A program made the position numbers and the translations under genes. A stretch of DNA of 63,147 nucleotides, counting the filler, from Basidioascus undulatus (lineage: Eukaryota), in NCBI GenBank assembly GCA_000826855.1. It is 7 parts of 7 records of this genome, joined end to end, with 100 filler letters (N's around TTAATTAATTAA, not from the genome) between each part and the next. Parts side by side here need not be neighbours in the genome. Positions count along the whole stretch, not along the records: positions 18,096 to 27,050 come from JTLS01001318.1; positions 27,151 to 36,100 come from JTLS01001319.1; 5 more parts are not named here. One strand, 5' to 3'. Each line of letters begins with the position of its first letter. Position 1 is the first letter of the stretch. The notes beneath the pieces were generated by a model. It did no database searches. It saw nothing but the letters and a program-made list of their open reading frames with translations, and was not told where the DNA came from. Below are positions 24,107-36,200 of the stretch, one piece after another.

Positions 24107-26294
24107 TCAGGAAGACGCAGCGGTTCCAGCGGCCGGTTCTGGATCGGCCTCGTCGGCGGCGTCTGGTCGATAGGCGCGCATGAGCCGCCGGATGCGCTGC
24201 AGCTCGGCGGTGAGGACGCTGTGAGGCAAGTAGCTCGCGTCAGAAGCGGGACGAGGGTAAGGGATAAGGAGGGAGAGATGGCAGGACTCACGAAGTCTGC
24301 TCCACCGCCTCGCGCGTCTTCTCCTCCTCCGCGCCCAGCTGCGCCCGCACCCGCGCCAGCTCCTCCTCGAACGCCTCCCCGAACTTGGCGTTCCGCGCCT
24401 GGGCATCCTCCAAAAGCTGGGCGACGTTGGTGCGTTCTCGACTGAGGTCCGGGCGTCAGCCTCACGCACGGAAGCGAAGACGCAGAAAGAAGAGAGGACA
24501 AGAGGGAGAGAGGAAAGAAGGGGAAGAAGACGCAAGACGCACTCTCTCTCCTCAACGAGCTGCAAGACCTCCTCCGCCCTCCTCCGCTCGTCCGCGCGTT
24601 CCCGCGCGTGCACCGCCTCCCGCTCTGCCAGCGCCCGCCGCAGCGCGTCCACCTCGCCCTGCACCTTCTGCGTGAGGCTGTCCAGGCTTCCTTGAAGCGC
24701 GCGACTGCATCGTGTCGAACGCGAACTCGTCAGCGAGGAGGGCAAGAGGGAAAGGGATTGGGGGGAGAGAGCGACGCACTACTCCCTCTCCGACCGCCCC
24801 GCGATCTCGGACGTCTTCGCTAGCTCCGCCTTCAGCTGATTCACCTCCTCCTCGAGCGCGCTCGAGCGCGCCCCCAACGTCGAGCGCGCATCCTCCAGCG
24901 ACGTCTCGGCGGACTTTGCGCGGTCCGTCATCTGACCGCCCCAAGTCATTCAGCTCGCGGAGAAAAAGTGAAGCAGGAAAGAAGTGAGAAGGAAGAAAGC
25001 AAGGAGATGCGAACGCACATCGCTGAGCTGCCGCTCCCGACGCGCAACCATCGCGCCCATGCTCTCGACCTCTAGCCGGAGGCGCTCGCGCGCCTCCTTC
25101 TGGTCCTCCACTTCCTTCATCGACGCCGCGACGGCTTTCTGGCTCGTGCGCAGCTGCGCGCGCGTGCTATCCAGCGCGGTCTTGGCGCTCGCGAGCTACC
25201 ACCGCCGTCCCTTCCCCGTGGCTCAACGGGCGCTGCGTGGCCAGACTGAGATAGCGGGCAGGGAAACGCACCTCGTTCTGGAGGTCCTTGATCACGCGCC
25301 CGGTCCCGATAGGGATGCGCGACTCGCCAGGCGAGAGGGGCGAGAGCGGGAAGGGCGAGCCGAGGGGGTCCGCCCCTGCCACGGGGGTGCCATTCGTCGT
25401 GGGCGTGGAGGGGGCCGAGGCAGAGGAGGAGGAGGACGCGCGTGTGGGGGAGGAGACGCCGCGCGGGAAGGCCTGGCTGTTGGGGGATGCGGCGGGCGAT
25501 GGGCTGGAGGTTGTCGGGTGCGGGGGAGAGAGGAGGTGGTCGTTCGTTAATGCTCGGCCGAGGCCTGCGGGAGCTTGGAGAGCGGTGAGCTTGGTGGGGG
25601 TGGGGGCGCAGGGAACATCGTTCAGAGCGCACCGACGGATCTGAAGAAGACGTCTGTCAGCGGAACACGGGTTGCGGGCGGGTGGGAGTACTCACGAAAC
25701 TGGGATGCCTGAGGCCGTCCACACACCGCACCATTCACCGACCTCAGCACCTCGTCCCGCCAACTTCGGCTATCTAGAATTGCAATCGACTTACGGCTGA
25801 CCCCCACACTGTCCTTCCGCTTGTGCCCATCCGGGCTGGTGCCCCCCTCCTGGGGCACGCCCTCCCATATCCTCCCCAGCGCGGCGGCATCGATGCTGGA
25901 CTTGCGCCGCCGGCGCACCTCCTCGGGCGGGGGCGGTGCGCCCGTCACAGCCGTGGAAAGCACGGGATGCTGCGCCTTAGACGCGCGCACCGCCTTCTGG
26001 AGCGTCGCGATGTCGGCGTGCTGGCGCCTCAGCCTGTGGACGAGTCCCATCGCTCTCTTTAGCTCGCAACACCCAACAGGGGAAGGAGAGCGATGTGGAG
26101 ATGTACTGCAGTCTGAGATTGTGGATCTCGTCCTTGAGGACTGCGGGGTCGTCGGACAGCGCGGTGGGCGTGAAGGAGCGCGAGCCGCCGCCGCTGTTGC
26201 TCAGCCTCGAGCTGGGCCTGGACGCGGGCGACTTCGTAGGCGAGGTCGATAGCGACGGCGCCGGCGACGCCGTCCTAGATGGCGTCTCTGGCAT
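24107..26294 (-). CDS. Coiled-coil protein with She3-like segment, multi-exon
   Basis: Ser/Pro-rich N-terminus, then IGTGRVIKDLQNE|LASAKTALDSTRAQLRTSQKAV...RERLRLEVESMGAMVARRERQLSD and long heptads to ...LTAELQRIRRLMR. Canonical introns. Confidence 0.7.
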
Positions 26295-26531
26295 GGAAAT
26301 CGGTCTGGCTGGCTATGGGAGATGGCGAGGGGACTGCGGAGAGAGCAAGCTGGACACGTTCGAACTTCGCGACTGGCAGGCACTGCACTGAGACGCGTTA
26401 AAGTGTGTGTCTTCCCCGCTGCCCATCCTTGCCCCCCTCCTCCCACCCCTCTTACTCTCCCTCGCCCCCGTCCATTTACACTCGCTTTCCACCCCACTTA
26501 CCCTCGTTTAACGCACACACAGAGACACACC

Positions 26532-27025
26532 ATGCCCCCCGCCATCCCCCTCATCCCCCTCGTCGTCTGCGGCCCGTCCGGAACGGGCAAGAGCACGCTC
26601 CTCACCAGGCACGACCCTCTTCCATCTCCCAGCCTCAGCCATCCACACCGCTCTGCTCACACCACAGCACAACTCCACACACAGGCTCTTCAAGGAGTTC
26701 CCCGAGTCGTTCGGGTTCTCTGTGTCCCGTGCGTCAGAGCTCCCCGACCCTTACCCTCACCCTGATTTCCATCTCACGTCTTCTTGCCCTTCCTCCCGCA
26801 TTGGGATGCGTGTCTCGATCAGATACCACTCGTGCCCCCCGCGCCGGCGAGCAGCCCGGCTCCGCATACCACTTTGTGACGCCGGACGTGTTCAAGAAGC
26901 TCATCGCCGAGGGCGCGTTCATCGAGCACGCCGTCTTCTCCGGCAACCACTATGGCACGTCCGCCAAGGCCGTCGAGGACGTTGCGAAGCACGGGCGGCG
27001 CTGCATTCTTGACATTGACTCCCAA
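26532..27025 (+). CDS. GUK1: Guanylate kinase, 3'-partial at contig end
   Basis: PLVVCGPSGTGKSTLL P-loop, FGFSVS|..TTRAPRAGE, YHFV, FIEHAVFSGNHYGTS, CILDIDSQ. Confidence 0.97.
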
Positions 27026-27050
27026 GTACGTTCTTCCTCCTCCCCCCTCC

Positions 27051-27150
27051 NNNNNNNNNNNNNNNNNNNNNNNNNNNNNNNNNNNNNNNNNNNNTTAATT
27101 AATTAANNNNNNNNNNNNNNNNNNNNNNNNNNNNNNNNNNNNNNNNNNNN
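27051..27150. other. Artificial contig spacer
   Basis: Same 100-nt linker. Confidence 0.98.
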
Positions 27151-28560
27151 GCCGCACTTCGAGTCGTACAAGCTCGCGCTCCCGGCCGAGTCTGCGTCCG
27201 TCGCGTCTCACAGGCTCCCCGCGAGCGCGACGGCGGGCAAGGTTTCGCACCGCGTGCAGCTCGGGTACAAGGAGGTCTCGCGCCGCGTGGGGTGGAACGG
27301 GCTCTACATGGGCAGGGAGAAGGGCGTCGCCGTGTACTTTGGGGCGGAGGGGGAGGCGTGGGAGGTTAGGCTTAAGGACGTGCGTACTTCTGTTTTCTTT
27401 GTTGCTTCTTCAGCGTCGAGGTGGTTTGGGGATTGAGTTACTGTGGGGACTCTGCAGGACATGACGCCCTTCTTCCGAGAGCTCTTCATCCTTCCCACCC
27501 CCCTGGCGACGACCCCAAGCACGCAGCACAGCGACGTTCCCTCCGCGCTCTCCCTGAGTCCAACGACCTGGGCCCTCGCAGACGGCACGGGGCGGCTCTA
27601 CCTCGTCGACAGCTCGTCGGCGGCCTCCGCCTCGCCGGCAGAGTACGAGCTGACGTCGCCCTCGGGCGAGCTTGTGCCCTTCCTCCTGCACGCTGCGGAC
27701 GGCGCGGACGGCGCGGTGATCAGCTGCTGCGTGCGCAAGGACGGCGAGGGAACGAGCAGCCAGCGCACGCGCTTCGAGGTCCTCGGCGTGCGCTTCGAGG
27801 GGGGCACCAGCGGGCAGCCGACGCCGCTCGAGGTGCGCTGGCGCGTCAGGGGCGAGCAGAGCCCCGTCGTCGTGCAGCGCGTCGACGGGGACGCATGGCT
27901 GCTGGGCGCTGCGGCACCGTTCAAGCCCGTTCGCGACGAGGAGGAGCACATCGCGCCTGTCCCGCTCGAGCCTGCTCCAGCTCCCGAGGAGCCCGCCCCC
28001 TCCCCCGCGCAGAAATTCCCGCCGCCGTACTCGTGGTCCCAAACGCACACGACCGTGACAATCACGATCCCGCTCCCCTCGCGCTCCGTGCCCAAAGCGT
28101 CCCTCACCCCCTCCTACACGTCCACGACCTTCGCGTCCTCGCTCCTGCCCTTCACGAGCCCAACGCCTGCGGCGCTGTGGGCGCCGATCAAGCCGGGGGA
28201 GAGCACATGGACTGTGGACCGGGCGCGCGGGCTGGTCGAAGTCGACCTGGAGAAGCGGGACGAGGGGACGCGGTGGGTGCAGCTGTTCGAGACGGGGCAG
28301 GGCGGGCCGGAGCGCGGGGTGGTGTCCGTCGACGAGACGATGAGCGACGCCGAGCGGCGCGCGGCGCTCGAGGCGCTCGAGAAGTACACGGTCGAGGGCG
28401 AGGGTGACGCGGACCCCGTCCTGCGCTCGGGCGGGGTGGACGACATGCCGAGCCTCGGCAAGGGCGAGATCGACGAGTCCGTCGACTCGTCCGTGGGCAA
28501 GCAGGTCGTCTTCACCTTCGTTCCCGCCGCGTCCCCTGCCAACACCCGCACCTTCCCGCA
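27151..28560 (+). CDS. NUDCD1: NudC domain-containing protein 1-like (CS/p23 domain); 5'-partial and apparently 3'-truncated
   Basis: HFESYKL, LGYKEV..RVGWNGL, PPPYSWSQTHTTVTITIPL, LWAPIKPGESTWTVDR, VDLEKRDEGTRWVQLFE, AALEALEKYT, DESVDSSVGKQVVFTFV. Confidence 0.8.
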
Positions 28561-30252
28561 ACACAAGCCCCGGTTAAGTTGCAGTTCCCGCCTGCTGAGA
28601 GGAAAACAAATGACTAGAAACGCACCTCTCCTCGACCATCGCGTCCTCGCTCTTTTCCCGTTCCTTCTCCTTCTCCTCCAACTCCATCTCCTCCTGCCTC
28701 TCCTCCCCCACCTCCTCGCCCCTCCTCTCCCTCCTCCTCCTCTCTAGGGCCCTGCGCATCCCCTCCTCCCTCCCCTCGCCCCTCCCCTTCTCCCCATCCC
28801 GCCGGCTCTTGCTCCGCAAATACGGCGAGATCATCGTCTCCGTCCGGCGCTTCTCGGGGCTCGCAGGCCGCCGCTTCTCCTTCTCCTCCGCCGCTGCGGG
28901 GACGGGCGTCGGGAGCGGGCGTGCGATCGAGACCCGCGCGCGCGAGGGAGGCGGGAGAGGCGTGCGAGAGGAGAAGGGGTTCGACTTTCGCGCGTCCGAG
29001 AGCGGTGTGCGCATGCTCTCGAGCGCGAGCAGGATCCGCTCCGCTTCGTTCTTTGGTACAATCGGGGCGGGCTCTACACGCGGTGTTTTCCCACCGAGAT
29101 CAGTGCCTGATCTGGAAAGTGGGGAAGGGGAGACGCCCGCCACGCACCTTTTTCCCTTGCCTTCTCCCGCGTCGTAAACCCGTTCTCCTCCCGACTCCAC
29201 ACCATATGCGTCGCGAGCCTCTTCTTCTTGGGCGTGCCGAGCTCGTCGGCAACGTCCACGCTCATCCCGCGCTTGCTGCCCGTCTCCCACGCGTCCTCTT
29301 CCCGCGCCGACGCCCCGAGGTCCGCCCACTTCCGCTGGACGGGCGTGGCGCTGCGCATGCGCAGGTCGCGCGAGACGGAGAGCCCGCGCGGGAGGGAGGG
29401 CGAGCGCCGGAGGAGCGCGGAGGGGTTGCCGCGCAGGCGGAGGTGCGAGTGCGAGGCTGAGTGCGAGAGGGGCGTTTGGCCGAGGGGGGAGCGGGCGGCG
29501 ATCGAGGCCTGGAGGAGGAGAGTGAGTTGAAGCAGCACGGGGGAGTATAGTGGCAATGATGGGAGGCAGGGCGGGGTAATGAGACGCACGGGAGGGTCAT
29601 TGTACTGTTCGTTCGAGCGGCCAAACAAACTTGAGGATCCGAACGACTGTTCGCCCGCCCGTCATCAGCTCCACGGGGACGTAACCGGTCCCATGACTAA
29701 GTTGAATGCCCTACTCACCTGTTCAGCGGCCTTGCCCGCCAGGTTCCCATGGCTGGCCCACCTGGCGCCTTCCAGGCCTGGGCCGGCGTCCATCATGCCC
29801 ACGCTCTGCAAGCGCGAGTGGCCGCGCCTGCTGCTGCCCACCAAGCTAGCCGAGCGGGGGATCGCTGCGTCAGAGAAGAGCTTCGCAGCAGTCGACGTCT
29901 GCTGGGGCGGTGGTGCGGGGACGCCGTTGACCGCCGTTCGGGGTGGCGGGATCGCGGGCGGCGGAGGCTGGAGCGCTCCCCCTGCCTCGACATCGCGCTT
30001 CTGCTGCTGGCGCGACCCGCCTGCGAGCCAGGACAGGGGCTTGGCCACGAGGCTCCGTACGGTGCCGAGCAGGCCGGCCGTCGCGGGCGGCTTGTCGGCG
30101 TCGTCTGCTGCTGCTGCGCGTGCAGAGGCAGCGGGCGTGCGGGCGTAGGGCTTGGAAGTCGCGTGCGGGCGGGCGGCGCGGCGGGACGGGCCCGAGAGCG
30201 CGGCTTTGGCCGACGCGACGTCGTTGGACGGAGGAGGCAGCGGGGGCGCCAT
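28560..30252 (-). CDS. Nup1/Nup124/Nup153-like nuclear basket nucleoporin, N-terminal part only
   Basis: SKPYAR followed by amphipathic GLLGTVRSLVAKPLSWL; basic PKKKRL; EAERILLALESMRTPLSDARK, resembling the Nup153 ARRIL..LEKMS.PL.DAKR motif. No FG domain is seen. Confidence 0.65.
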
Positions 30253-31002
30253 CGTTGACGGCGGCGGGATCGGGATAGGCGCGGCGGCCACACAGACGAT
30301 CTTGAGGGTGACAAGAGATGGGCGTTGAGCGTGAGCGTGGTACAAGCGACGAAAGAAAATACTAGTAATTTGTGTTAGTCTTGGGCCGTCATAGACTAGC
30401 CTGGAGCACTAATGTTCCAATTCGCGAAATTTACTTGCTCGCCTGATGCCTGCATCGCCTGACGCCTACATTTTCTTGTCGACTTTTTCCTGTTGCCGGC
30501 GTGCTCATGAACAAACCATGTGTTCATGTGCTTTCACCCTGATCTTCTATAAGCTCATTCGAAAAATTATCCCTCGTCGATCGCGCCGTGTAGAGAACTG
30601 AACGTACGAGAACGCCGAAGCTGGCAACGCAGCCTCGAGCCTCGACCTTTCAGCATACTTAGCTTGACCTATCAGCGGACGTTCAACCAGGCTCCTGTCT
30701 CTCCTCATAGCACTGCAGCTTTGATAACTCAAAGTCCGGGCCAGTCCATAGCCCTGTTCATCAACCGGAAAAGCCAAGGGCCGGCTTTGAGGGAGGGAAC
30801 TTCCGACTGTCGGGCACCCATCCTGATTTCTTGCTTTCTCATGCGCCTATTGCTGCTACAATCCTGGGCCTCACGGCGCGGGCTGCTCAAACGCTCGGCG
30901 AGCGACCAACTAGGCAAGAAACTTGACTATGGACTTTACACACGCGAAACTTGCGTGCACAGAATAGCAATAGAGCGATGGCCAAAAAGCATCCTGCATA
31001 GC

Positions 31003-32835
31003 TCATCTCCTCTTGCCCTTCCCCCGCCCGCCCGTCTTGATCCGCTTGACGCCCGCGACGCCCGCCTCCCGCACATCATCGTCCCGATCCATCTCGTCCC
31101 GGTCCTCTCCCCTGCCGCGCTTCCCGCCCTTCCCGCCGACGCCCTTCTCGCGCAGCTCCTTGACCGCCTCGCGCTGCGCCTCCGCGACGCGCTCGGCGAG
31201 AAGCATCACGGCCTGCTTGTCCGTTGACGGGAACTCGTCCATCTTCTTCCCGATCACGCCCTCGATCCGCTGCAGCAGCTCCACGTCGTACTGCGTCACG
31301 AGCGTGATCGACTTGCCCGACCGGCCTGCACGCGCGGTGCGCCCGACACGATGGATGTAGTCCTTCGAGTGCGTGGGGACGTCGTAGTTGATCACTGCGT
31401 CGACGGAGGGGATGTCGAGACCGCTGTGGGGAACAGAGTGACGATTGTCAGTAAGGTGCGCGCAACGTGCCGAACAGAAAGAACGGAGCAACTTGCCGAC
31501 TGGCGACGTCCGTAGCGACCAGCACGTTCCGCCCGCCGCTCTTAAACTTGTTCAACGCGCCCAAACGAGAGCTCTGACTCAATTGACCTGTCCACGTCTC
31601 CGCGCGTAAGCCACGTTCGGTGAGTTGCACACGTCGGGTCCGGTCGACTCACCATGCAATGGGATGGCCGGGAACCCGAGCAGTCGGAGGACGATCGAGA
31701 TGCGCTGCGCGTCGTGCACGGTGCGCGTGAAGATGATCATGCTGTGCCCTGCGAGCTCGTTCGCGAGGTAGACGAGGTACGCATCCTTGTGCTTGAAGGG
31801 GAAGAAGAGGTAGTACTGCAGGAGCGTGGAGACAGTCGAGTACCTGCAACGTCGGATGGCGCGTTCAACAGGCTGGACGCCCGACAGAAAGTGGGAATAG
31901 GGGAAGAGGGTGGATGGAGATGCGCACTTGGTAGACACCTCGACCTTGACAGGGTTAGAAAGAGACGCCCGCTGAAGCTTGGCGACCTTAGTCGTCATGG
32001 TAGCGGAGAAGAGGTACGTGTTGCGCTCCTTGGGCAGGATCTTCAGCAGCTTGTCAATGATCGGACCGAAGTCCATGTCGAGCAAACGGTCGGCTGTGGG
32101 GCGCGAGGGAATGAGCGTTGTTGAATGTCGCGACCAGACAGAAGGGCAAGCGGACCTTCATCCATGACCTTCCACGTGCCCAACTTCGATTAGCCCACCA
32201 TTCTACAATGACGGATCCGAGCGAAGACACACCAAATACTTGATATTCCTCAGAGAGAAACCCTTTGTGTTCTCCAAGTGGTCATGCAACCGACCAGGCG
32301 TAGCGACGACGATGTGCGGCCGCTTGGAGAGCGCGATCGCCTGGCTCATCATGTCCATGCCACCGACAATCGTTGTGCAGCGCACGCCGAGCGTCGACCC
32401 CAGCGCCTCGAACTGCTCCGAAATCTGGTACGCAAGCTCACTGCAACGTCCCACCCAGTTCAGTATACCCTTCCTCGCTGCTCGGACATCCTTCACCCCA
32501 TTCAGAAGCTAGACTCACCGGGTAGGCGCAAGTACGCAGCAGAACAGCGCCTGCGGCTTGTCCCACAGCGCCTGTAGAACGGGGAGCGCGAACGCCGCCG
32601 TCTTCCCCGAGCCGGTCTGGGCGAGTCCGATGACATCCCGGCCTTGAAGGGCGTACGGAATCGATTCGCGTTGGATCTCCGTAGGTGCGGTAAACTTGAG
32701 GTTCTCGCACGCCTGGCAGAGGGGATCGATGATGCCTAGCGACTTGAACGTCGCTGGCGAGGCATCGGAGGCGGGGGGCGCCGGCGAGGCGGAGCGCCGG
32801 GAGCCGGACGCGGAGGACTCGGCGTCGGAAGACAT
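31003..32835 (-). CDS. RRP3: DEAD-box RNA helicase Rrp3 (DDX47), 18S rRNA processing
   Basis: Q motif [84 protein letters not shown]. Confidence 0.97.
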
Positions 32836-33880
32836 GGGTACGGTGGTATTGTTTGATTGATTGAGAGCGTTAGCTTTGTTGAAAAGTGGAATTTAAATCG
32901 ACCGAGGGTGGGCTTGTAGATTGGAAGACGGGAAGACAGCGAGGCAAAGCAGAGGGTTGAGCGAGGGATTTGGTGGGAGAAGGTTTGTCATTAAGACAAC
33001 GTCACGTGTGACAGTTTCTGGGAGGACTGTCAGCAGCCCTGCCGAGAATCTCTCCGGAACCCGGTCACAACTTAGGTTGTCAATTGGAGGACTAAACTAT
33101 TCAGCATGGATCTGAGGGGATAGGAAAGCTTGCGAAAGGCATTGTGCAAGTCTGATTCGCGAGCGAGACCGAGCAATTGGGCTTCCAGTTCGGAACAGCA
33201 GCAGAGATCGCAATGCACAAGGAAATGTCTGCCTCGTCTATGGTAACAGCCTATATAATAGCATGGTAGTCTTAATGAAAAGACTAGGACGGTTACTGAG
33301 TGATTTTCCAAGGCTGCCAAGACACGACCATTAAAAGCTTGCTTCGGGCCCGTCCCAAATTGTGGGAGTGCACGAGCCTCCTCGGTGTACATTGCGAATA
33401 TCTATAAAGACCATGCTATTTTCTCGACTACCGGAAATCGGTGCCGCGAAAAATGATGAGTACTCCGCCCGATCCGAGTGCGCGCTGGTGCTTGGGTGCT
33501 TGGGCCGGACGGCGCGTGCGTGGGGCAGTTTGGGACGGCGACTGCGTGCCTCTTTTGCCTCCCTTCCTCCGCTTGGGCTAGGGCGTAGCGCGTCCCGGCC
33601 ATAGGTGACTTTCCGTCGTCGACCAGAAGCTCGAATGGACTGCTCGCCCACATTCAGCCGACGCCTGCGTGCTCAGCTCATCAAATCACTCCTCCATCTT
33701 ACTCGCGTCCAGAGCGGCGAAGTCGGAACGGACGCGCAGCTTGCGCATTCCACAACCTCAACTCTGCCAACTCTCACTTGCCGCAGCTCCATATACACAA
33801 CAACACTCTTTTTGACCTTCATCCATGTGCTAGTAACCACTCATCCCCGAATCACCACGACCAAGGCGTTGTCGAACATC

Positions 33881-35701
33881 ATGGCCTCCGGCTCCCTCGA
33901 CTCGCTTCCGCCCGAGCTCGAGCTCACCGCGATCCTTGCCCTAGTTCGGCCAGCGCCTCCGCACATCCTTGGGGTGTGCTATGGGCTATACCTCGGCGGG
34001 ACTCTCTCTCTCTCGGTCCTCCTCACGACCACCTTGGTGAGGCTGCACCGGCATCCCGTGATTCCGCACTTCTACGCTCTGATGGTAAGCTCACTCCTAC
34101 TCCAGGGATTTAGACGGCTTCTGGGACATACTAATCGAGAATGGGAAATTCAGGCCCTCACAGGCGTGTTCAACGCCTTGCTGGTCCTCTCGGGTCATCC
34201 ATCCGATCCGAATCCACCCCCAGGCCTATGTGCCGCTTCTGCGACAGTCTCCCTCTTTTCGACCGTCTTGGCCTCCACCGCGGCATTGACTCTGTCAATA
34301 CAGGCATGTCCCCCATGTCCCCCTCATATTTCTCGTTTGTGTACAGAGGAATCGAGCTGACTCAAGTTTGACTTGTTGTTCCAGCTGTGGTCGGGCGTCC
34401 TCGTGGCCATCGGCAGCCGCTTCGCAGCGCTGTCCGAGCGAGTTTCCTCCACATCATTCGTAAGAGACTGTCCCCTTACTAAGATCTTTATCTCGAGCGC
34501 ACATTCTGTTGGGAACGCGGGCTGATGTCCTTCTGGGGAGTGCAGCTGCTCGCCCTGCCATGGCTGCTATCACTGCCGTTTCTCATCTACACCGCCATCG
34601 TAGGTCGAAGACTTTATCAATCTGTTGATCAGGGTGCTTGTGAGGAAATGCTGAGTAGAAGGGTGTCCATCCAGTACGCTTCGTTCCACCCCGAATTGGT
34701 TTTCCGGAGCTACCTCTTCTGCGCAGTCCGAGATAGGACGCTGTGAGTTGTCTTTGGCCTGCTCCTTCCGCAGCCCGAACAGCTCGCTCTTACTGAGAAA
34801 TCTCCCTCGGATCTCGCACTTATCCCGTCCGCAGGTTCGCAGCGGCGACCATCACTGCTTCTGTGTGCCTCCTCCTCAGCTTCATCCTTAGCTGCTGGAC
34901 AACGGTACGCTCTTGACGCCTCTACCCCTTTCCCCTCCGATGTTCCTGCTTATGCTGACCATTCCAACTGCTGCATTCAACAGGTCATCTTGATTCACAA
35001 CACCATCCTCTCCCGCCGGCTCAAACTCCTCCAGCGCTCGAGGCGCCTCGACGTCGAGGTCAACGTCCGCATGATGGTTTTCTCACTGTGAGTCCTTCTG
35101 CAGACTTCTTTACCCCTTGAGAGGGGCGCTAATGTAGTATTCGGCCTCCTCAACTAGGTGGGTCCTCATGGATCTCGTCATCGCGTTGAGAAACTGCGTG
35201 CATCCGCCCACGCACAATTTCATCTACATTCTTCTAGGTGCGCATACGCAGTCTGTCTTAATCTAAAATGTTGCCTCTCAAGTTTTAGGACACACTTTCC
35301 ACAGCCACCTCCGCACCCGCAGCCTTCTTCATCTTTGGTTCTTCCCGAGTGCGGCATCTCGTTTCTCCCAGCCCTTCATCCGCTCACTCATGAGTCCCCG
35401 TCATTCGCTTGGATAACAGGACGTTCTGATAGCCTGGGGTGTCCCGAGACGGTGGTTCGAAAGGCAAAGATTGGGTTACGAGGACGCAGAGCTCGTGGCG
35501 TCTGCCGCTGGGCTCTCGAGCCCCGGGCCCGGCGCAACGTTCGTCGTGGGACTAGCGCCCTCGTTCATTGGGTCGGACGTCCACTCGAGATGGGACAGCG
35601 GGGAGGATGGGGCCGGGGATGAATATGGGAAAGCGCAAGGAGGCGTGGAATTGCAAGGGTGTTCGGCGGGGAAGAGACGAATGGAGGAGGGGATCGTGTG
35701 A
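33881..35701 (+). CDS. Orphan multi-pass (probably 7TM, GPCR-like) membrane protein
   Basis: Several hydrophobic segments, RHPVIPHFY after TM1, PNPPPGLCAA extracellular Cys, FCAV second Cys, VRMMVF, GT-AG introns, hydrophilic tail. One junction (~34600-34660) could not be phased with certainty. Confidence 0.6.
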
Positions 35702-35819
35702 CACAGCTTTTCTCATTTGATTATTTATTCTCCACGTACTTGAATGCTTCCTTAGAAGCTCCATCAAGGCTGCAAGTTCTGCATTAAAGAATAGCACCCT
35801 AAGATTACCGCAAAGCAGG

Positions 35820-36100
35820 CGGTGCAGCTGCTCTTCAAGTTGGATCCTGACTTTCATTTCTCCCAGTGACGGCCCAGGCACATGTACGGGATACATGGTC
35901 CCTGTACCCACTCAGCTCTCCTTTTATTCCACCTCCAAGTCTTTCACCAACACCGTGAGCTCCTGGCATGTGGACTGCGTAATGGGGTCGATACCAGCAT
36001 CAAGCAACGCTTACTCACCCATCAACCGCCGCATCCCTGACCATTTTCGCTCCCGCAGCGTCCACCAGCTCCTCCTTAAGCTTGTCGATCTCGTACATGA
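35820..36100 (-). pseudogene. Coiled-coil gene remnant at contig end
   Basis: MYEIDKLKEELVDAAGAKMVRDAAVD, a GTGAGT..CAG intron, then ELTVLVKDLEVE* with further stops. Confidence 0.25.
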
Positions 36101-36200
36101 NNNNNNNNNNNNNNNNNNNNNNNNNNNNNNNNNNNNNNNNNNNNTTAATTAATTAANNNNNNNNNNNNNNNNNNNNNNNNNNNNNNNNNNNNNNNNNNNN
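36101..36200. other. Artificial contig spacer
   Basis: Same 100-nt linker. Confidence 0.98.

Noticed and set aside
27410..28564. Long antisense and alternative-frame ORFs (also 37042-38145, 39236-40507, 49634-50515)
   Set aside because: Shadow ORFs expected from GC3-rich coding sequence, Arg/Ala/Pro-rich with no motifs
33001..33012. GTCACGTG E-box upstream of RRP3, and CGCGAAA near 30423 upstream of the Nup1-like gene
   Set aside because: Single short motifs that occur readily by chance, with no conservation data
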